Below are positions 12,001 to 21,406 of a DNA stretch of 64,000 nucleotides, piece by piece (the first letter of the stretch is position 1; every line of letters begins with the position of its first letter). The notes beneath the pieces were generated by a model that saw only the letters and a program-made list of their open reading frames with translations, searched no databases and was not told where the DNA came from. The translations under genes were made by a program, and so were the position numbers. Source of the stretch: Sedimentisphaerales bacterium (GTDB lineage: Bacteria; Planctomycetota; Phycisphaerae; Sedimentisphaerales; SM23-30). Where the stretch lies: the NCBI GenBank assembly GCA_963666285.1, contig OY762711.1. One strand, given 5' to 3'.

Positions 12001-12468
12001 AGAGCAGATCAGGAAGAAGTAAAGGTACTGGCAAATATCAAAGATACCATAGAGACAGCTATTGTATTATATGGTAACAGGGTAAAACATGGCATCGATT
12101 TGAAAGTTGAGCTTGATGATAATATTCCTGAGATTGAGTGCCATCCCCATGAACTTTGCCAGGTTTGGACCAATCTTATCAGCAATGCGGTTCATGCAAT
12201 GAACAATTGCGGGTCGCTTTCGATCAGGCTCAGGCAGGTTGAGGATAATATCCAGGTGACCATAGCTGATTCCGGTTGCGGCATACCGGATGAGATAAAA
12301 GGCAGGATATTTGATCCGTTATTTACTACTAAGCCGGTTGGTGAAGGTACCGGTTTGGGCCTTGATATTGTCAAAAGAATTATTGAGAGGCATAACGGCA
12401 CACTTCAGCTTGAAAGCCAGGTTGGTGTGGGAACGACCTTTACTATAACAATTCCAATAACCGGCTAG
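9010..12468 (+). CDS. Soluble multi-PAS sensor histidine kinase
   Basis: GTG start with GAGGT RBS; about 6 PAS/PAC domains; H-box AHEINTPL; NLISNA, DSGCGI, GTGLGL. Confidence 0.9.
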   Translation: MKTKTDPQLIQERLRLALEAVSDGIWDWDLETGEVYWNPLSYTMLGYEPDEFKVTYDKWKEMVHPDDICGCENSVQDALTSGEIFKIEFRIKCKDGSWKWMLGRGRCVSRDKDGNPIRMVGTHVDLTQHKKDEVELHKNESELKAIYENAPLIMLLVDQDRRVLKMNGQALEFSGRSLQENVEIRGGEALRCVHAFDDANGCGFGPECKNCGVRKSILETFETGKAIKCREAAISSQSGEGRKDINLLVSTKPLEGFEKKVVLVCIDDITDRKQTENELRAEKEFTEAALDSQGDTFFLFDPESGKPVRWNKALCDVTGYTDSEIAQLICPYSYFKKEDFEKVINFIRHVIENGSGTIELDLVCKDGHSIPFEYGVSAVKDSCGRSEYLIAIGRDITKRKATEKQLLESESVLSASFSSIQDGIVILDNNFDIIRINPVIEKWCDGADRVVGAKCYSCFRDSPEPCDFCPTRKALESGNAEFKVLKGFPGSGVEWLEVYSYPIKSVDTGEITGVIEFLRDISDRKRSEEALLESENKLREAQQMAQLGHWHWDVSTGEVEWSEWVYKIFGLNPDEFTPTIDSVMAMSPWPEDHQRDKELIQKAIESHEKGEYEQKFLRLDGSLGYYYSTFQGVYDQNDQLVAIKGTVQDITERKLVEQELLRERDRLEMAQEAAGFGMFDWDLINNKTVCSDRYFQLFGLEPQDKMITREDWLNLVHPEDRERVSREVRHFLENGDVYDTEYRVVWPDGSVKWLNSKSRVFSDECGKPYRMIGIMSDITERKQAEEVVKTYNSRLKNEVKERTEELQEKNILLENEISERIKAEKELKTAVSQLIQAEKLATVGQLAAGVAHEINTPLGAIGSSNTTIQQQFESILDNIDQEFEILKDNANLINQVINRITSSSIDLNSRQARQMKTILTERLTGLNVKHPEVTASLLVSIGLVENYESYLPLFEKENSTQIIDFVRKISNIISGSKIIDTAVKQSSRVVYALRDYARADQEEVKVLANIKDTIETAIVLYGNRVKHGIDLKVELDDNIPEIECHPHELCQVWTNLISNAVHAMNNCGSLSIRLRQVEDNIQVTIADSGCGIPDEIKGRIFDPLFTTKPVGEGTGLGLDIVKRIIERHNGTLQLESQVGVGTTFTITIPITG

Positions 12469-12926
12469 CTGCCCAAGCTATTGGAGACACTTCTTTTGCA
12501 GGGCTGAAATATCTATCGGATATAAGGTTTGTATCAAAAATAACAATTTTTTTACTGCTTTATTTGCACGTCCTTATTTTATGGAGTATAATTTATATGG
12601 ACGTAAGGTACGGCCTGATTTGGTCAAATACAATCTGCTAACATCATACACATTTATGTATAGCCTGCTTAGCACATCATATTTTATTATTCTATAATTA
12701 TTGTGGCAGGTAGCTTGTTATAGCAGGGCGTAAAACAATCATCTTTATAATATGTTCATTATTTCTATCAGAACTTCTGGTTCGGCATGCAAGAAAAGCG
12801 CGCATTTTTTGTGGCTCGTTCCCGGTATTTGTTCGGACAGAATAGAAATATGTACTGATCGATTCGTTTTTATGTTTATCTATTCAAGTATTTAATGCCA
12901 TTAATTAATTAAGATGGGAGGCTATC

Positions 12927-14258
12927 ATGGAAACTCACAACAACCCCGACCACGATAAAAACCAAAATGTTAACCAGGCAAAAAAAGGAGACCCCAATAG
13001 TAATTACGCTGTTATTAACAGGACACCGGTGAATTATAACCCGAAACCCATGGCCCATAAACTGGCTAACATTATATACTGGGCCAGTATTATAATGCTG
13101 CTGATCGGTGCCCGTGAACTTATCAGCCCCGGCACCAGGAAGCCAGGCGATACTATCCAGATTTTTATTACACTTATCTCCTTTGAAGTCTATATGTGGC
13201 TGCTGGTAATGCTTAACAAATGGCATTATGGTAAAAAAATGTTAATTGACAGTGTCCGCAGTATAGTCTTCATACTGGCTATTACCGGTTTCTTTTTTAT
13301 GAATCTCAATGAGCTTTATCTCATTAGCGGACGATTTGGAATGAGCATATCCTGTGCCGCTTTTGTCACCTGCCTGCTAAAAATGAAGTTAATGTTCAAA
13401 ACCGTCAATCTCAGGATGCCACGCTATCAGCAGGCATATATACTTGGCTGGCTTATACTTATCATTATACCGGCACCATTATTCAAAATGATGTCTGATG
13501 AGGCCAGGCATCTGAACTCTATCCTCTACTGCTGGGTTCTCACCATTTACCTGACTTCACATGTTTATGCTATCAGGTATCAGAATCAGGCCGGCTACCA
13601 GGAAAACAAAAAGAACCCGTATAGAAACTGGCAGGCACCTTGGGCGGTCCTGGCGATTATGTTTATTTTCTCTGTTGCCCAGTGTGCTTCTGTAATATAT
13701 GTATTTGCTGACTACAGTTACTGGTATTTCACACCGATTTATACCACTATGGCGGTTTTGGCTATCGCTATGGCCCATACTTCCAAACGCGGCATCGGGT
13801 ATGCCTGGATCCTGCTGGGTGCTGTTCTGCTCTATATGTGTACCAGTGCCGCAGGTCCGCTGCTCCCGGCATCTTATCCAAGGTCTATGGGAGCGCCCAG
13901 TGACTCCCTGGTACGGGTTTACAACAGTGTCGGCATGGAATACCTCATCAACCCTTATCTGCCGTCACTTTTGTACGGCTCTATGGTATTTGCCCTGTGT
14001 GGAGCGGTGCTTACCGCATGGTGGATGATGTTTGCTGCTGCGGTTGCACCTTCTATACTTACCAGTATGTGGACGGTTAACTATGTATCAAAATGCAAAA
14101 ACGGCAAAGGGTTCGCCATGCTGCTGGGTGCGTTCCTGCTGCTTGGCTGCGGTATCGCTATCCAGTGGGCCCAGGAAAAATTTCATTCCAAAAGAGACCC
14201 CGAACCATATCCTGAAATCATTACTGCCGAAGAGACCCATAAATCTCCTTTAACATAG
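12927..14258 (+). CDS. Polytopic membrane protein, unknown function
   Basis: 443 aa, many hydrophobic helices, GGAGG RBS. Confidence 0.7.
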   Translation: METHNNPDHDKNQNVNQAKKGDPNSNYAVINRTPVNYNPKPMAHKLANIIYWASIIMLLIGARELISPGTRKPGDTIQIFITLISFEVYMWLLVMLNKWHYGKKMLIDSVRSIVFILAITGFFFMNLNELYLISGRFGMSISCAAFVTCLLKMKLMFKTVNLRMPRYQQAYILGWLILIIIPAPLFKMMSDEARHLNSILYCWVLTIYLTSHVYAIRYQNQAGYQENKKNPYRNWQAPWAVLAIMFIFSVAQCASVIYVFADYSYWYFTPIYTTMAVLAIAMAHTSKRGIGYAWILLGAVLLYMCTSAAGPLLPASYPRSMGAPSDSLVRVYNSVGMEYLINPYLPSLLYGSMVFALCGAVLTAWWMMFAAAVAPSILTSMWTVNYVSKCKNGKGFAMLLGAFLLLGCGIAIQWAQEKFHSKRDPEPYPEIITAEETHKSPLT

Positions 14259-14275
14259 TTGTTGTTTTCTCCCTT

Positions 14276-14314
14276 AACGCCGGGCTGGTATTAAGTTATC
14301 ACCCGGCGTTTTTT
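14276..14314. terminator. Hairpin between convergent genes (likely terminator)
   Basis: AACGCCGGG...CCCGGCGTT followed by T run on the + strand. Confidence 0.6.
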
Positions 14315-14960
14315 ATTTTCCACCTGATTTGGTTATGTCTTCTGTTACCAGTACTTCATAAGTTGTCGCCATGAAATATTGCCTCCAGTTTTCAGTATTG
14401 GTAAACGGCAGGGGTGCTCTGGACCAATTAATAGGTATAAGTTTCTTGCCGAAAACGGTCTGCATCAGGTATCCGCCCCTTTTATCCAGGATAATGTCGC
14501 CTAGCAGCTGTTCGCTTTGATCGTAAACCAGGTAGCTGCACCAGGCGGGAAGCTTTATATTAAATGGACCTTTGACTATCCAGCCGATCAAGGCAGCGTT
14601 CCAGTAGAAAAATGCCTTGGGTGATGATTTTATCTGGACAATCTCAAAGCTGTCTTTGCCTATGTTGCCGATAATATAAAATGCTCTGCGCAGCCAGAAA
14701 TGCCCCATACTTTTGCCGGAGACCAGCCCGACAAATTCCCTTTGACTTTCTTCTTCGTTTTGCCAAAAATTCTTATCATCATATTTCATGAAAATCTGAC
14801 CTGCAATGCAATCCAGGTTTTCATGCCATTGCAAATATCTGTCTTCCTCCAGTTCCCTGATCGTATATTTTGCCCGGTATTCAAGATATCTTTCACGCGC
14901 AGCTTCTATCTGCTCTTTTTCTTTCGTCTTGATATTTTCAATTGTTTCAAGATCAATCAA
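14313..14960 (-). CDS. Hypothetical protein
   Basis: 215 aa ORF overlapping the upstream gene by 8 nt (translational coupling). Confidence 0.6.
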   Translation of the reverse strand: MIDLETIENIKTKEKEQIEAARERYLEYRAKYTIRELEEDRYLQWHENLDCIAGQIFMKYDDKNFWQNEEESQREFVGLVSGKSMGHFWLRRAFYIIGNIGKDSFEIVQIKSSPKAFFYWNAALIGWIVKGPFNIKLPAWCSYLVYDQSEQLLGDIILDKRGGYLMQTVFGKKLIPINWSRAPLPFTNTENWRQYFMATTYEVLVTEDITKSGGK

Positions 14961-16047
14961 TTTTTTCTTCTTCCTTATCAGTATTATATTTCTTTACATA
15001 CCTTTCTGCATATTCCTTGATTGAGCCAACCGGGTCACTCTTTAACAGCAGAAGCAATTCCATATCTTCTGAAAGTTCGTAATCGTTATTGTCAGAATCA
15101 GTATGGGTGGCGAAAATGGTCTTCATTTTATCTTTCGGTCTGACCTCTTCTGGCAAAAAGTTGAATTCTTTCTGGATCTTCTCAACTGTGTTTTTCCAGT
15201 CAAAATGTGATTTGTTATTTATTTCAGGTGAGATTATATAGAGATATGGCATCGCGATAATTTCATAACCTTGCTCTTTTCTTACCAGGAACGGTCCTTC
15301 GAATCGCATTTTACTGTTCTGCTGCTCTGTTTTAGCTGTTTTAATATCGTTCAGGCAATCATCACAAAGACCTAGTCCCTTATTGCTCCGGCCAAACAGC
15401 TTATAGATAGGCGTTAAATACACATCAACACTGGCTTTCATCAGGCAATTATTATTGCAATGGCTGCCGTCTCCGTGTTCGGTATTTGTTGCCAGGCCGA
15501 GTATATGGCCCAGTTCATGTCGAATAAAATGCAGCTGGGCGACTTTGTTATGTTTGACATAGGATGTATTAAAAAATGCTGTCGTCGCCGTATTGCCGTA
15601 AACATAAGGATTTTTTATATTCGCCTTAATGTCTTTTTGCCTGTCATAAAAGAAGCAGTGTATATATGCACAATCGCCTTCGGTAGCTCTCGGCCCGTCA
15701 GTGTACAGCAATGAGATCAGCTCCACCGGCATATCCTTCTGGTTCGGTTTCAGCCTTATCGGATCATCCTTTACTATCGTTATGGTCTCCTTTTCGCAAT
15801 GCTGACCCAGGAAATCACTGATCGTTTTCAAATAGAGTTCCGGCACTTCCGTATCTTCCAGGCTGTCAACTTCTACATAAATTTTAGAATATGGCTCTTG
15901 CTGCAGGTATAGTTGGTATGGATGATACTCCAGCGCATCTGCAAGCTTGTAATCATTGTTATCCGGCTTACCGCAGCCGGAAAGATATAACGCCAGAATT
16001 ATTATCAACAGAGTTGCTGGAATTATTTTTTTTCGTAATATTATCAT
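14953..16047 (-). CDS. Lipoprotein zinc metallopeptidase (metzincin-like)
   Basis: Lipobox LSGC; HELGHILGL...H..HCNNNCLM zinc motif with Met-turn-like CLM. Confidence 0.7.
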   Translation of the reverse strand: MIILRKKIIPATLLIIILALYLSGCGKPDNNDYKLADALEYHPYQLYLQQEPYSKIYVEVDSLEDTEVPELYLKTISDFLGQHCEKETITIVKDDPIRLKPNQKDMPVELISLLYTDGPRATEGDCAYIHCFFYDRQKDIKANIKNPYVYGNTATTAFFNTSYVKHNKVAQLHFIRHELGHILGLATNTEHGDGSHCNNNCLMKASVDVYLTPIYKLFGRSNKGLGLCDDCLNDIKTAKTEQQNSKMRFEGPFLVRKEQGYEIIAMPYLYIISPEINNKSHFDWKNTVEKIQKEFNFLPEEVRPKDKMKTIFATHTDSDNNDYELSEDMELLLLLKSDPVGSIKEYAERYVKKYNTDKEEEKID

Positions 16048-16148
16048 CCAAAACGTCTCTTTATGTGTTAATTGTATTTGTGTATAATCATAAAAGTAAG
16101 GCTTCTAGCTCACATGGAACAATGAGCCTTGAGTATAATAGTTGCACA

Positions 16149-19100
16149 TTACTTCCGTTTCTTGTTTGACTTCGTTGATGTAGGATTGTCACGAGCCTCT
16201 ATAGCCTCAAGCAACCTAAGTTCTTCGGCATAGAGCTTCTCCAGGAACTCATTCCAATCATCCATGTCAATATCAGCCATCATGTCAGGGTATTCAACAG
16301 GAATCTTTTCTAACCAATCAATAATGTCTGCTATTCTATATAGTTGAGCCTCCAATGGAAGTTCTGCGGCTTCAGCAGGGTCAATATATACAGTGTTTGC
16401 ATATTCATCAGCATAAGGGTTTTCTGCTTCCAGCATTACTGGTTCCAGCATGAAGCTTGTCATTGTTGACATTACAGACATTGGCGTGGCATCATACCAG
16501 CAAGCACTCCATAGCCAGATGCTAGTAAAATCGCTTAAGTCGTCAATATCAACAGTATTGTCATCATCCATATCCCAGGTATCATACCAGTTTGGATCAG
16601 AGGAAGTTAACAACCATGTTTCAGCAAGCCCACCAAATTCATGCTGATTGATAATTCCGTCAGCATTTATGTCATATTCATGTGAAATACCATCACTGCA
16701 ATAGACATACTCATCTGCACCCATGTCAACCGTGAGGCTAATACCACCATTAACAATACGTGTTTCACCGTCAATATCAGTTTCATCGATGCCAACACCT
16801 GTATTGTAACCTAGATCAATACAAGTTGAATTAGAACTTAGATGGAAATCTAAATAAACATTTGGATCGCCGTAAGCAAAATCAGGATAGCAATGAATAT
16901 TATTATAAGTAGAATCCGGCGTACTGCTTGAAGTGTTCGGATCTTGAACGCAGCTGTATGTTACATCACAACCTGATGGAAGCTGGATAATCTCACCATT
17001 ACCCCATAAAATTGAATTTGTAATTGTCGGAGCATTACTGCCAGAATATGATACGCCATACCTTTTATTATATGCAATTGTATTGTTACGGAATACGGCA
17101 ACAGAGGATGGACTATTCAGGTTTACACCATGATAATAACCGCTGGAACCATTTTTGTATATCATGCAGTTGGTAACTGTAGGTGTAGAATTTTCACAAT
17201 ATACTCCGTCTTTTTGATTACCAAATATTTTACTACTCTTGATTGTTAGTGAATTACTTGAACCTGTGTGAGAAATACCATGCTCGCCACTATTTTTAAC
17301 AACACAAGAATCTACTATTACATCGCTATCTGCAAAATCAATACCGTGTGTACCACTATTACTTATTACAGTGTTAGCAATAGTGCAATCAGCACTATCG
17401 CCACTAATACCACTTTCAACTGAGTTTTTCACAACAAAACCATCCAAGACAGTATCATCCTGCAATACAACAAGATTGTTATTGATGGCATTTCCTTTTA
17501 GTGTCGAATAATATTTCCCCCAGTTTCTATCGGTACGATATTCTTCATTACCAATGAAACCACCATAAACTTCTATATCATAAGGTATTTCAAATTTATC
17601 ATTGGCACTTTCCCCAGGAGAATAGTTGCCATGAGCAACCCAGATTTCTGAACCACATTCTATCCCCAAAGCTCTGGCATTGTTGATACGGTCAATTGCC
17701 ATTGAAAGCTTCGTATAAGCCGTTTCCCAGCTGGTACCAGTCTCGAAGTAATTATTAGGATCAAGAGTGGCATTAACATATATTACTCCCGGAGCTGAAT
17801 CAATATCTGCCCAGCAGCATACAGGATTAGTTTCTGATGTTTCTGCCCAAGACGTGTCAGATTCTATCCAAACATAATTCACTACATCTGATACTGGGTC
17901 AGCTTGCGGATTAAGCATAACTGTAAGGCTAAAAACTGTACTTGTTTCACTTGGCTCTAAGGTACCAATTTCCCATGTAACTGTATTATTCATAAAATCA
18001 AATACAGCAGTATTTGGATCGGCAGACACAAATGTTAATTCGTCTGGTAAATAGTCAATTACAACTACATTAGTATGGCTTTCTTCTACTGCACGAAAAT
18101 CAATCTCATATTCAATTTCATCGCCGGGAGTTATGCATGTATCAAAATCCAGCATTTCTTTTGTGATATGCAGGTCGCTTTCACCAAGTGCGCAGTTCAT
18201 CAATACTGGCTCTGCACGAAAAGTATTAGTTCCATCTCCTAATTGGCCTGAGCCATTATCTTCCCAACTCCAAACATTACCGTAAATATCTATTGCCAAA
18301 ACATGTTTATAACCAGCTTCGATAGCTGCGATATTTTCCAGATATCCACTTGATGTCTCCATTTCGCCGTCAGTTACTAAACTGGGTGATCCACCTGTAT
18401 CCCATTCCCATACATATCCGGAACTGTCCAAACCTAAACAATAATCTGAACCAACTCGAACATCTACAATATTTTCCAGATAACCGGAAGTAGTCTCCAT
18501 GTCTCCATCAGTTACAAGTGAGGGGGTACCACACGCTTCTTCCCAACTCCAAACCATACCGCTTGAGTCAAGTGCGGCGGTATAATCACAGCTTGAGATA
18601 GCTATAATCTCAGTATTATTTGGGTCTGGAAAACCTATCTTTTTGGCATATTCGGTACCATCACCCCATTCCCATACATCACCCGCCTGGTCAAGTGCAG
18701 TTGAATGGTGAATACCTGCCTGCACATCAATAATTGGGCTGGCACTTCCAAGCTTCACAGCAGGATCATCGTCTGTATATATATAATGAGGTAATTCTAC
18801 ATAGCCTAGCCCATTGATTTGCGAACCACACTGGTAAGAAGCATTTAGTCCCCATGCAAAAACATGGCCTGCACTATCTGCGGCCAATGAATGTTGTCCG
18901 CTGCGACCAGCAGAGATTGATACTATATTGCTTAGTACTGTATTTGGGTCAGTATTTTGCTCACCAGAAAGAACGATTTGCGGTGTGTTGAATTGAATCC
19001 CTAAATCTCGTCCTATCCCCAATCTTCCATCATCGTTACTGCCCCATGCATAAACATAACCATCTGAGTTGGAGGCAAGCGAATGCATCCACCCAGCATC

Positions 19101-19382
19101 AAACAGTGCTACATTTTCTAAATATCCTGTTTCTGTTTCCGCTTTCCCATCAACAACTCGATCAAGATTAAGAAAATTCCCTCCATAATTTGAACCGTTA
19201 CCTAATTGGTAGAAACTATTTCCCCCGCAAGCCCATAATGTAGCATTATCCATTAATACTAACGTATGATCTTCTCCTCCAGACACCTCTACAGCTTCTA
19301 TGCAGTTCAAGGTAGCGAAAGACATATTAACAAACAAAACTGAAAATATAAATGCGCGCAGTATCTCTATTATATTTTTCAT
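16149..19382 (-). CDS. Large secreted protein: RCC1-like propeller + DUF11-like domain + right-handed beta-helix + dockerin-like EF-hand pair
   Basis: Signal peptide; RCC1 repeats (AGWMHSLA..DGYVYAWGSNDDGRLG); DUF11-like DLHITK...PGDEIEYEI...TNVVVIDYLP; parallel beta-helix (NNTIAYN, TNSILWGN, DMGADE); DINADG/DMDDDN EF-hand-like pair. Confidence 0.75.
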   Translation of the reverse strand: MKNIIEILRAFIFSVLFVNMSFATLNCIEAVEVSGGEDHTLVLMDNATLWACGGNSFYQLGNGSNYGGNFLNLDRVVDGKAETETGYLENVALFDAGWMHSLASNSDGYVYAWGSNDDGRLGIGRDLGIQFNTPQIVLSGEQNTDPNTVLSNIVSISAGRSGQHSLAADSAGHVFAWGLNASYQCGSQINGLGYVELPHYIYTDDDPAVKLGSASPIIDVQAGIHHSTALDQAGDVWEWGDGTEYAKKIGFPDPNNTEIIAISSCDYTAALDSSGMVWSWEEACGTPSLVTDGDMETTSGYLENIVDVRVGSDYCLGLDSSGYVWEWDTGGSPSLVTDGEMETSSGYLENIAAIEAGYKHVLAIDIYGNVWSWEDNGSGQLGDGTNTFRAEPVLMNCALGESDLHITKEMLDFDTCITPGDEIEYEIDFRAVEESHTNVVVIDYLPDELTFVSADPNTAVFDFMNNTVTWEIGTLEPSETSTVFSLTVMLNPQADPVSDVVNYVWIESDTSWAETSETNPVCCWADIDSAPGVIYVNATLDPNNYFETGTSWETAYTKLSMAIDRINNARALGIECGSEIWVAHGNYSPGESANDKFEIPYDIEVYGGFIGNEEYRTDRNWGKYYSTLKGNAINNNLVVLQDDTVLDGFVVKNSVESGISGDSADCTIANTVISNSGTHGIDFADSDVIVDSCVVKNSGEHGISHTGSSNSLTIKSSKIFGNQKDGVYCENSTPTVTNCMIYKNGSSGYYHGVNLNSPSSVAVFRNNTIAYNKRYGVSYSGSNAPTITNSILWGNGEIIQLPSGCDVTYSCVQDPNTSSSTPDSTYNNIHCYPDFAYGDPNVYLDFHLSSNSTCIDLGYNTGVGIDETDIDGETRIVNGGISLTVDMGADEYVYCSDGISHEYDINADGIINQHEFGGLAETWLLTSSDPNWYDTWDMDDDNTVDIDDLSDFTSIWLWSACWYDATPMSVMSTMTSFMLEPVMLEAENPYADEYANTVYIDPAEAAELPLEAQLYRIADIIDWLEKIPVEYPDMMADIDMDDWNEFLEKLYAEELRLLEAIEARDNPTSTKSNKKRK

Positions 19383-19405
19383 AAATCATAAGCTCCTTTC
19401 AAAAG

Positions 19406-20047
19406 TTATCTTTTTCTTCTTTTAATAATCCCGATGGTTCCAATTACTACCATTGATACAATAGAAGGTTCTGGTACTACTGTTGTTTTTGTTACCACTC
19501 CTCCAAAATTGAAATCAACTAATTCATTTGAATAATCTTTTCCTTGAACAAATAAATAATTTGATGCATACTCTTCAATAGTAGCTGGTCGTAATTCTAA
19601 ACTATCATTTACTGAATCATTGAAAATGCATTGAAAAACTAATACGGGCGATAATACTTGACTATTAATATTATTACTTTTACTTTTTATATAATAGTCT
19701 CCTTTATCTGAATTTGATATTGATATCGAATAGTCAACATCATTCGGATTTGTTTGAATTATAAGTGATTCATCGGTATTGTTGGGGTTAACTATTTCCA
19801 GATACATTCCACTTTGACCAGAATAATAATAGTACCCTTTTGCATTTGTGCTTTCATAGAGACTATCAGGTATGGTTTCGTAGGTATAATACCCCGAATA
19901 AGTCGCACCAACTGTTAGGTATGATGGCAATAAATCAGAAGAAGACCCAACACTATCAATAACTCCTTCAAATTCAACCTTAACAAGTGACGCACTAAGA
20001 TTTCCAACAATACATAAAAAACCGATAAAAAATGTTATCTTTTTCAT
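19406..20047 (-). CDS. PEP-CTERM protein (array copy 4)
   Basis: Signal peptide; C-terminal VPEPS + TM + KRRKR. Confidence 0.85.
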   Translation of the reverse strand: MKKITFFIGFLCIVGNLSASLVKVEFEGVIDSVGSSSDLLPSYLTVGATYSGYYTYETIPDSLYESTNAKGYYYYSGQSGMYLEIVNPNNTDESLIIQTNPNDVDYSISISNSDKGDYYIKSKSNNINSQVLSPVLVFQCIFNDSVNDSLELRPATIEEYASNYLFVQGKDYSNELVDFNFGGVVTKTTVVPEPSIVSMVVIGTIGIIKRRKR

Positions 20048-20066
20048 AATATAATTCCTTTTAAAA

Positions 20067-20720
20067 TTATCTTTTTCTTCTTTTAATTATCCCTATTGCA
20101 CCACAACCAAACAATGTTAACGATAGAGGTTCAGGAACAACGTCCACAGAAGATATTTCTACAAAAATATTAAAATCAGGCGCTTCGTTACTCTGATAAT
20201 CTTTGCCAATAATAGTTAATACATTTGAACTGTAATCGTCTAATGAAACTGGCCTTAACCCTAAACTTGTGTTTCCAGAGATTAAATTGCTTAAACGCCA
20301 ATTGAAGTCAACAATGGGGGCAAGAGAAGCATCATTTGATATATTATTCTCACTTGTAATAATATACCCGCCTTCATAAATTGTATCGTTTTCAATAAAT
20401 ATCGAAACTGATACATTTGTTGGATCAGTTTGAAATATTAAAGACTCATTATCATTATTGGGATTTTTAATTTCAACATACAAAGAACTTGGCAATGAAT
20501 CAAATTGGTACTCCTTTGCATCACCATAATCTATAAAAGAAAAATCGTTAGTATCATATTGATAGTACCCTTCAATAACTGAGCCGTTTGTAACATAATC
20601 CGGTAAAGCTCCTTCAAAACCAGAGCCAGTTATAACTCCTTCAAATTCAACCTTAACAAGTGACGCACTAAGATTTCCAACAATACATAAAAAACCGATA
20701 AAAAATGTTATCTTTTTCAT
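20067..20720 (-). CDS. PEP-CTERM protein (array copy 3); true start is ATG at 20720
   Basis: AAGGA RBS before MKKITFF; C-terminal VPEPLSLTLFGCGAIGIIKRRKR. Confidence 0.85.
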   Translation of the reverse strand: MKKITFFIGFLCIVGNLSASLVKVEFEGVITGSGFEGALPDYVTNGSVIEGYYQYDTNDFSFIDYGDAKEYQFDSLPSSLYVEIKNPNNDNESLIFQTDPTNVSVSIFIENDTIYEGGYIITSENNISNDASLAPIVDFNWRLSNLISGNTSLGLRPVSLDDYSSNVLTIIGKDYQSNEAPDFNIFVEISSVDVVPEPLSLTLFGCGAIGIIKRRKR

Positions 20721-20739
20721 AATATAATTCCTTTTAAAA

Positions 20740-21387
20740 TTATCTTTTTCTGCTTTTGATAATCCCGATGGTTCCAATTACTACCATTGATATAATAGAA
20801 GGTTCTGGCACAACTGTTGTTTTTGTTACCACTCCTCCAAAATTGAAATCAACCAATTCATTATTGTAATCTTTTGCATCAATAAAAATATACCCCATTT
20901 CATACTCATCTAATAAAGCTGGTCGTAAACCAAAGCTACTATTATCTGAATTATAAAATGACAAATCAAAAACAACAACAGGTGATAATAAATCATTATT
21001 ACTGGCAATATTGTTACTTCTAATAACATATTGTCCTCCATCAACATTTGATATCGTTATAGAGTAACCCTCATCCGCTGTAGTTGACTGAAATGAAAGG
21101 TAATCATTTGAGTTATTGGGATTAATTATTTCCACATAAATAGCACTTGGTTCGTAATTGTAGTTATAGGTAATTCCATTGCTGTACGTAACAATATTAT
21201 CAGGATTGATGTCATTGTCATAGACATAATACCCGGTATAAGTCGCACCAACTGTTAGGTATGATGGCAATAAATCAGAAGAAGAACCAACACTATCAAT
21301 AACTCCTTCAAATTCAACCTTAACAAGTGACGCACTAAGATTTCCAACAATACATAAAAAACCGATAAAAAATGTTATCTTTTTCAT
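20740..21387 (-). CDS. PEP-CTERM protein (array copy 2)
   Basis: Same N-terminus as copies 3 and 4; VPEPSIISMVVIGTIGIIKSRKR. Confidence 0.85.
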   Translation of the reverse strand: MKKITFFIGFLCIVGNLSASLVKVEFEGVIDSVGSSSDLLPSYLTVGATYTGYYVYDNDINPDNIVTYSNGITYNYNYEPSAIYVEIINPNNSNDYLSFQSTTADEGYSITISNVDGGQYVIRSNNIASNNDLLSPVVVFDLSFYNSDNSSFGLRPALLDEYEMGYIFIDAKDYNNELVDFNFGGVVTKTTVVPEPSIISMVVIGTIGIIKSRKR

Positions 21388-21406
21388 AATATAATTCCTT
21401 TTAAAA

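Noticed and set aside
12469..12926. Long spacer as a hidden gene or RNA
   Set aside because: Only very short ORFs and no convincing structure or repeat
20721..20777. Upstream extension of the ORF-track call 20067..20777
   Set aside because: Overlaps the previous gene; RBS and paralogue N-termini place the start at 20720
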